Of a stretch of DNA of 64,000 nt, positions 61,191-64,000 are shown one piece after another. Below the pieces are notes generated by a model, which was not told where the DNA came from, made no database searches, and saw only the letters and a list, made by a program, of their open reading frames with translations. Position numbers and translations under genes: made by a program. The DNA lies in assembly GCA_904063045.1 (NCBI GenBank), contig CAJFCJ010000019.1:496001-560000 (forward strand). The letters are read 5' to 3'. The stretch comes from Dimorphilus gyrociliatus. Lineage: Eukaryota; Animalia; Annelida. Numbering within the stretch: position 1 is the first letter of the stretch; the number at the start of each line of letters is the position of its first letter.

Positions 61191-62830
61191 ATGGAAGAGG
61201 ACCGCGAACAAGACCCGGACGAACCCGTTGGTCCACCAGATGTGCATATGCAACTAAATGCTAAAACAGATGAGGTTAGTAAACATAGCGTTAAAAATTA
61301 TCGAATCATTGATTTGCAATTTCTCCGTTATATAATAGTGTTTATTTACAATAAATAAGTAAACTGAAGTTTCTTTTCAGACTCTAGAAAGTACAAGACG
61401 TATGGTAGCTTTATGTGAAGAGGTCTGTTCAAATTATATATTAAATAATTCATTCATTTATTTTTATGATTTTTTGATTGATATTTTGACAATCACTTTT
61501 TTTGAAAAAAAGCACAAAAATAGAAATAATTTAAAGGCTAATAATTATAAAACAAACAAAACTGCTGGTTTCCATTGTTTGCTTATTGCCTAACGATTTT
61601 GATAGAGATCACTCTTCAATTGTGAATAGATTTGTCATATACAATATACAGAGCAAGGATGCCGGAATCCGAACTCTTGTTATGTTGGATGAGCAAGGAG
61701 GTACAACGGCGTTGTATTTTAAATATAAACATTTTTCGAGATTGATTGGAAATAATAGCACAATAAAAAAGCATATATAAAAATATATCAAGAGTATCTT
61801 TGATGTCTGTAAGAGTGTTTTGAAGCAGTAAAACCGTTTGATTCCAAAATTCTAATCTATTATTCTGAGAAAGACAAAGCAAAATAGTATATTACTGTAT
61901 ATAAATTACTGACTATTTCTTATCTCCAATCATCTCTTATTAAAAATTATAAATTCTTTTTATTAAAATCTCCAGGCATTTTCATTCACTTTGTATTTCG
62001 TTTTCTAGAGCAATTGGAACGCATTGAAGAAGGAATGGATCAAATCAACCAAGACATGCGTGATGCTGAAAAGAATCTAGAAGGTATGGAGAAGTGCTGC
62101 GGTTTGTGTGTGCTGCCATGGAAACGAGCTAAAAATTTTGAAAAAGATTCCAATTATAAAGATACCTGGAAAGGAAACGAGGATGGAAAGGTTATTTCAA
62201 CTACTTAATTAATTAAATATACATTCACAGGGGACAACTAATGGAGACTAAACTGTTGTACAGATTAATACAAATGGCCCACGCGTTATTGTTGGGGACA
62301 ATGCAGCTGGAATGTCAGGTAATTTGGTAACTAGAATAACAAATGATGCCCGAGAAGATGAAATGGAACAAAATTTAGGCGAAGTTAGCGGAATGATTTC
62401 TAACTTAAGAAATATGGCAGTAGATATGGGAAATGAGTTAGAGTCCCAAAATAGACAGATTGATCGCATTAATCAAAAGGTTTGTGTACAAATGTATATC
62501 GTTATTAAAATTGTTGTCCCCGTTCTTTGACGATTGCTGTTTAAACAAAACAATTTAATTACTTTAGCAATTGTTGAATGGTGTAAACAATAATCCACCT
62601 CACAGTTGGTAGTTAATGTTACAACTAATTGTTCGTTTTTTCCGCACCACTTTTTCAGGGTTTGTCAAATGAAACTCGTATACAAGAGGCGAACAAGAGA
62701 GCTAATAAGCTTCTCCGGGATTAACCCGTTTCTTTTGCTTATTTTTTTCTGTTTTGTCTAGGGCGAATCGCTAGATAATCGTATAAGAGAAGCGGATAAA
62801 AGAACTAAGACCATGCTCTCCAAAAAATGA
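61191..62830 (+). CDS. SNAP25: SNAP-25 (Qbc SNARE), 5 constitutive exons plus two alternative terminal exons (62659-62724 or 62762-62830)
   Basis: DE|[14 protein letters not shown]|[16 protein letters not shown]|[17 protein letters not shown]...[10 protein letters not shown]...|...[15 protein letters not shown]...[18 protein letters not shown]|; each terminal exon has a polypyrimidine-AG acceptor and an in-frame SNARE C-terminus. Confidence 0.96.
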
Positions 62831-63457
62831 ATATCGCTTATTCTTTCGAAGTTAGAAACTGCATAAATATCAATTTCTTCTAGTCAGTAAAAAAAACTGC
62901 ACACTTCCAAGTCTGTACTTGTTGTGTTCTCAAAGCAAATGATTGTGTGTCAACATTCCCTGGTTATACTACTTTTTTAGCATTTTCCTTCGTTTAACTT
63001 CCAATTGTTCTAGGTCACAACGACCAAAAAAAAATTTTTGTGTATTTCGTGTATTTAGTAAAAGAAAAAGCAAAAGAAAGTTCCCTGTGAGATATCTTTT
63101 CTGCAAAATGTTCTAGTCTCTCTTTTCATATCAGATTGTCTATTTTATGAAACAGAAACGATATATAGTTTACACAAGCGCATTTTTCTAGCAATGTGGT
63201 TAAATATACTTTTTAGAATATAGCAACGTTATGGTACAAATTTTCAGTAAGCGTTTAACGTGCTTGATGTTTACTTTATTGCTTACGATTTTAATGCATA
63301 TTTAATAAATAAAAACCACCTAAATAGGTCTATAATTCTTGGATTTTTTCTATTATTGAGAATATTATTTTTTTTATTTCTTTTTTCTCTTTATATTTAC
63401 TTTCCCCCCTCTTTCTCCTTCTTTCGTTCTTGGCCAGTTCAAGGTTAGCCTAGGTCA

Positions 63458-64000
63458 TTACCATATTGCTCGAACATGAACAAGCTTGGTATCTCCACTA
63501 ATCTCCACTGAATTGATACGATCCATTGGTAATCGGTGGGGAAAATCGATTAAGTGTTCTCCATTTATGCATGTCTGTATGTTTACATTAAAACAGAGGG
63601 CATATAAAACTTTTCTGGGAAAGAAATATAAGAAGTTATTTACCCTAAACTGCCTAGACTCGCAAAAAATGAGAATATCTAAATGAACAGCAGGAATAAC
63701 TCTGAAGTCTGCTCGCAATTCAGTTTGCCACTTGGAATTTTCCCAGCTATAGTTGTCGTTAGAAATTATTAATGAAATAGAAAACTAGTAACAACATCCC
63801 TTAGAATGTGATAAGCGTAGAGATATTAGGTCAAGAAGCGAAAGAGTAAATTTATAATTAACCTATTTAGGACAATACAACGTTCTTTAACTCGAAAGCT
63901 CGCGTGATACGCAATTTCCTTCGAGTTCGTCTCTGATGTATCTTCGCTATCTTCCGTAGAATTGCAATGAAAATTTATCTCAAAGCGGACGGCCTCAGTT
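63458..64000 (-). CDS. Galectin-domain protein, 3' part only (5' end lies beyond the window)
   Basis: RFEINFHC...IAYHASFRVKERCIVLNS|WENSKWQTELR...ILIFCESRQFR|TCINGEHLIDFPHRLPMDRINSVEISGDTKLVHV follows the galectin CRD pattern. Confidence 0.75.

Noticed and set aside
1-64000. tRNA, rRNA, CRISPR arrays, transposases or terminal inverted repeats
   Set aside because: None seen by eye. The only long repeat is the coding triplication, which lacks repeat-spacer structure. tRNAscan-SE, Rfam and RepeatModeler would be needed to exclude small elements.

Overview
Gene-dense, AT-rich eukaryotic (animal) DNA with canonical GT-AG introns that are mostly about 50-70 bp. I infer a compact invertebrate genome, probably lophotrochozoan; the species cannot be determined from sequence alone. 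I reconstructed about 20 protein-coding genes by hand from splice signals and translation: an orphan coiled-coil ORF, TEX9, LYRM4, a short PELP1, a Dispatched-like RND/SSD protein, a giant non-classical cadherin, a fibrillar collagen, PTF1A, an LC3/Atg8 missed by the ORF track, CCDC59, an unknown type I membrane protein, TMEM229B, HAAO, a secreted IGFBP-like/follistatin-Kazal/polybasic protein, an unknown protein, GARS1, AP2S1, SEC31, a divergent class I bHLH-PAS factor, SNAP25 and a partial galectin. I saw no tRNA, rRNA, CRISPR array or transposase. Two loci stand out. (1) The ~4,300-aa cadherin (11033-24767) has 7 cadherin repeats capped by 22 four-cysteine, CARDB-like ~150-aa modules; 15 of them come from an exact 3 x 2,241-bp tandem triplication inside one 7,164-bp exon. 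(2) SNAP25 has two tandem, homologous alternative last exons that swap the C-terminal zippering layers of its second SNARE helix. All family assignments rest on recalled motifs, not database searches.
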